A stretch of 20,000 nt of DNA from contig CAXGAI010000010.1 in NCBI GenBank assembly GCA_964007735.1, positions 108,570 through 128,569 of the forward strand, read 5' to 3'. Of the stretch, positions 18,806 to 20,000 are shown one piece after another; within the stretch, counting starts at the first letter, position 1, and every line of letters starts with the position of its first letter. The notes beneath the pieces were generated by a model, which saw only the letters and a program-made list of their open reading frames with translations, was not told the origin of the DNA and ran no database searches. This stretch comes from an uncultured Rhodopirellula sp. (GTDB lineage: Bacteria; Planctomycetota; Planctomycetia; Pirellulales; Pirellulaceae). The position numbers and the translations under genes were made by a program.

Positions 18806-18851
18806 GTAGTAAGTAACATTTAGCAAGTTAGTTAAAAGAGGGAACAGGCCC

Positions 18852-19214
18852 ATGGCAGGCAAACAGTTCCAGGCAAGTCATCGATACGCACGCATTAGTG
18901 CTCGTAAAGTTCGGCCATTGGCCGATCTCGTGCGAGGTAAGAACGTGGTTGATGCACTGAGTATCCTTGAGTACCAACCTCAACGGGGAGCATACCTGTT
19001 GAAGAAGGTTATTGAAAGTGCGTTAGGAAACGCAATGGATCCTGAGCAATCATCTGAATCCCAGATGGTTCGTCCGGAAGACCTTGTGATTTCTGAGGTG
19101 CGGATAGACGGCGGTCCCATGTTTAAACGTATGCGACCTCGTGCTCGTGGTATGGCTTTTGTCATTAAGAAAAGAACAGCTCACATCCGAGTGATACTCG
19201 GAAGTAACGACTAG
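18852..19214 (+). CDS. rplV: 50S ribosomal protein L22
   Basis: RISARKVRPLADLVRG, KVIESALGNA, DGGPMFKRMRPRARG, KRTAHIRV. Confidence 0.97.
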   Translation: MAGKQFQASHRYARISARKVRPLADLVRGKNVVDALSILEYQPQRGAYLLKKVIESALGNAMDPEQSSESQMVRPEDLVISEVRIDGGPMFKRMRPRARGMAFVIKKRTAHIRVILGSND

Positions 19215-19302
19215 ATAATACAAGGGAAGGCTTCCTGTAATCAAACCTTGGTGGTTTGAATTTGAGGCGGCCTTAAGAAACCCCAGAGAGTAGTAAGAAA
19301 CT

Positions 19303-20000
19303 ATGGGTCAAAAAGTAAATCCTATCGGCTTCAGAACAGGTGTGGTTCAAGGTTGGAAGAGTCGCTGGTACGCTTCCAAGCAGGAATTCGCTGGCCTGCT
19401 TCTTGAAGACAAGAAGATTCGCGAGTTTATCAAAGAACACCCGAAGCGTCCCCAGTACCGTAATGCCGGTATTGACCGCATCGAGATTGAGCGAACTCGG
19501 GATGAAGTGAAAGTCATCCTGCATGTTGCTCGCCCTGGCCTGATTATCGGTAAGAAGGGTCAGGAAGTCGAATTACTGCAGGAAGAGCTGCAAAATCTGG
19601 TTGGACGTCGTATCAATTTGAAAATTGAAGAGATTTCCCGGCCAGAACTACAGGCGCAGCTAGTTGCAGAAGATATCGCCGGTCAGCTTTCTCGTCGTGC
19701 AAGTTTCCGCCGAACCATGAAGCGTTCGATGGAGCAAACGATGGATGCTGGTGCTAAAGGCATCAAAATCCAGTTAGCTGGTCGATTAGGCGGGGCTGAG
19801 ATGGCTCGCCGTGAAAAACAAATCACCGGATCAATTCCATTGAGTACCTTGTCCGCCAAAATTGATTACGGTTTTGCCGAATCATGGACGGCTCAGGGGC
19901 ACATTGGAGTTCAGGTTTGGATTAACCAAGGTAAATATCAGGGAGACATTTCCGATGGCGCTAATGCCGAGACGGATAAAGCATCGAAAGGTGCAAAGAG
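19303..20000 (+). CDS. rpsC: 30S ribosomal protein S3 (3'-truncated by window edge; absent from the ORF track)
   Basis: Manual translation: MGQKVNPIGFRTG...WKSRWYA...ARPGLIIGKKG...GAKGIKIQLAGRLGGAEMARRE...IDYG...IGVQVWI; no stop codon before base 20000. Confidence 0.97.
   Translation, partial: MGQKVNPIGFRTGVVQGWKSRWYASKQEFAGLLLEDKKIREFIKEHPKRPQYRNAGIDRIEIERTRDEVKVILHVARPGLIIGKKGQEVELLQEELQNLVGRRINLKIEEISRPELQAQLVAEDIAGQLSRRASFRRTMKRSMEQTMDAGAKGIKIQLAGRLGGAEMARREKQITGSIPLSTLSAKIDYGFAESWTAQGHIGVQVWINQGKYQGDISDGANAETDKASKGAK
19955..20000 (+). CDS. rplP: 50S ribosomal protein L16, N-terminus only (overlaps rpsC in the +1 frame)
   Basis: Manual translation MALMPRRIKHRKVQR matches the L16 N-terminal pattern (LMPKRxKHRKxxRG); GGGAGA at 19941-19946; expected gene after rpsC. 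Confidence 0.85.
   Translation, partial: MALMPRRIKHRKVQR

Noticed and set aside
19032..19082. Few-residue insertion in L22 (DPEQSSESQMV)
   Set aside because: Falls in a variable surface loop, not the tunnel-lining beta-hairpin; ordinary variation
19218..19260. Two small hairpins between rplV and rpsC (including TCAAACC/GGTTTGA)
   Set aside because: Short stems in an 88-bp spacer with no further support for function

Overview
Core housekeeping region of a bacterium, most likely a planctomycete (Pirellulaceae-like; inferred from protein sequence character, not from a database search). All real genes are on the + strand in one contiguous ribosomal-protein/RNA-polymerase supercluster: rplK(partial)-rplA-rplJ-rplL-[880 bp spacer]-rpoB-rpoC-rpsL-rpsG-fusA-like-[no tuf]-rpsJ-rplC-rplD-rplW-rplB-rpsS-rplV-rpsC(partial)-rplP(5' end). 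I found no mobile element, CRISPR array, rRNA, tRNA or clearly new multi-gene system. The notable points lie within the housekeeping genes and spacers: (i) the str-operon EF-G has lost its conserved domain IV tip motifs and sits behind an intrinsic terminator, resembling the recycling-type spdEFG2; (ii) the putative rpsL and rpsJ promoters share the motif TTGAC...GTAACTT-N5-GTTTCC; (iii) long structured leaders precede rpoB and rpsJ; (iv) L10 has a recently duplicated acidic tail; (v) RpoC has a 32-aa internal duplication; (vi) S12 has a natural K88R and RpoB has a divergent rifampicin pocket; (vii) rpsC and rplP overlap extensively.
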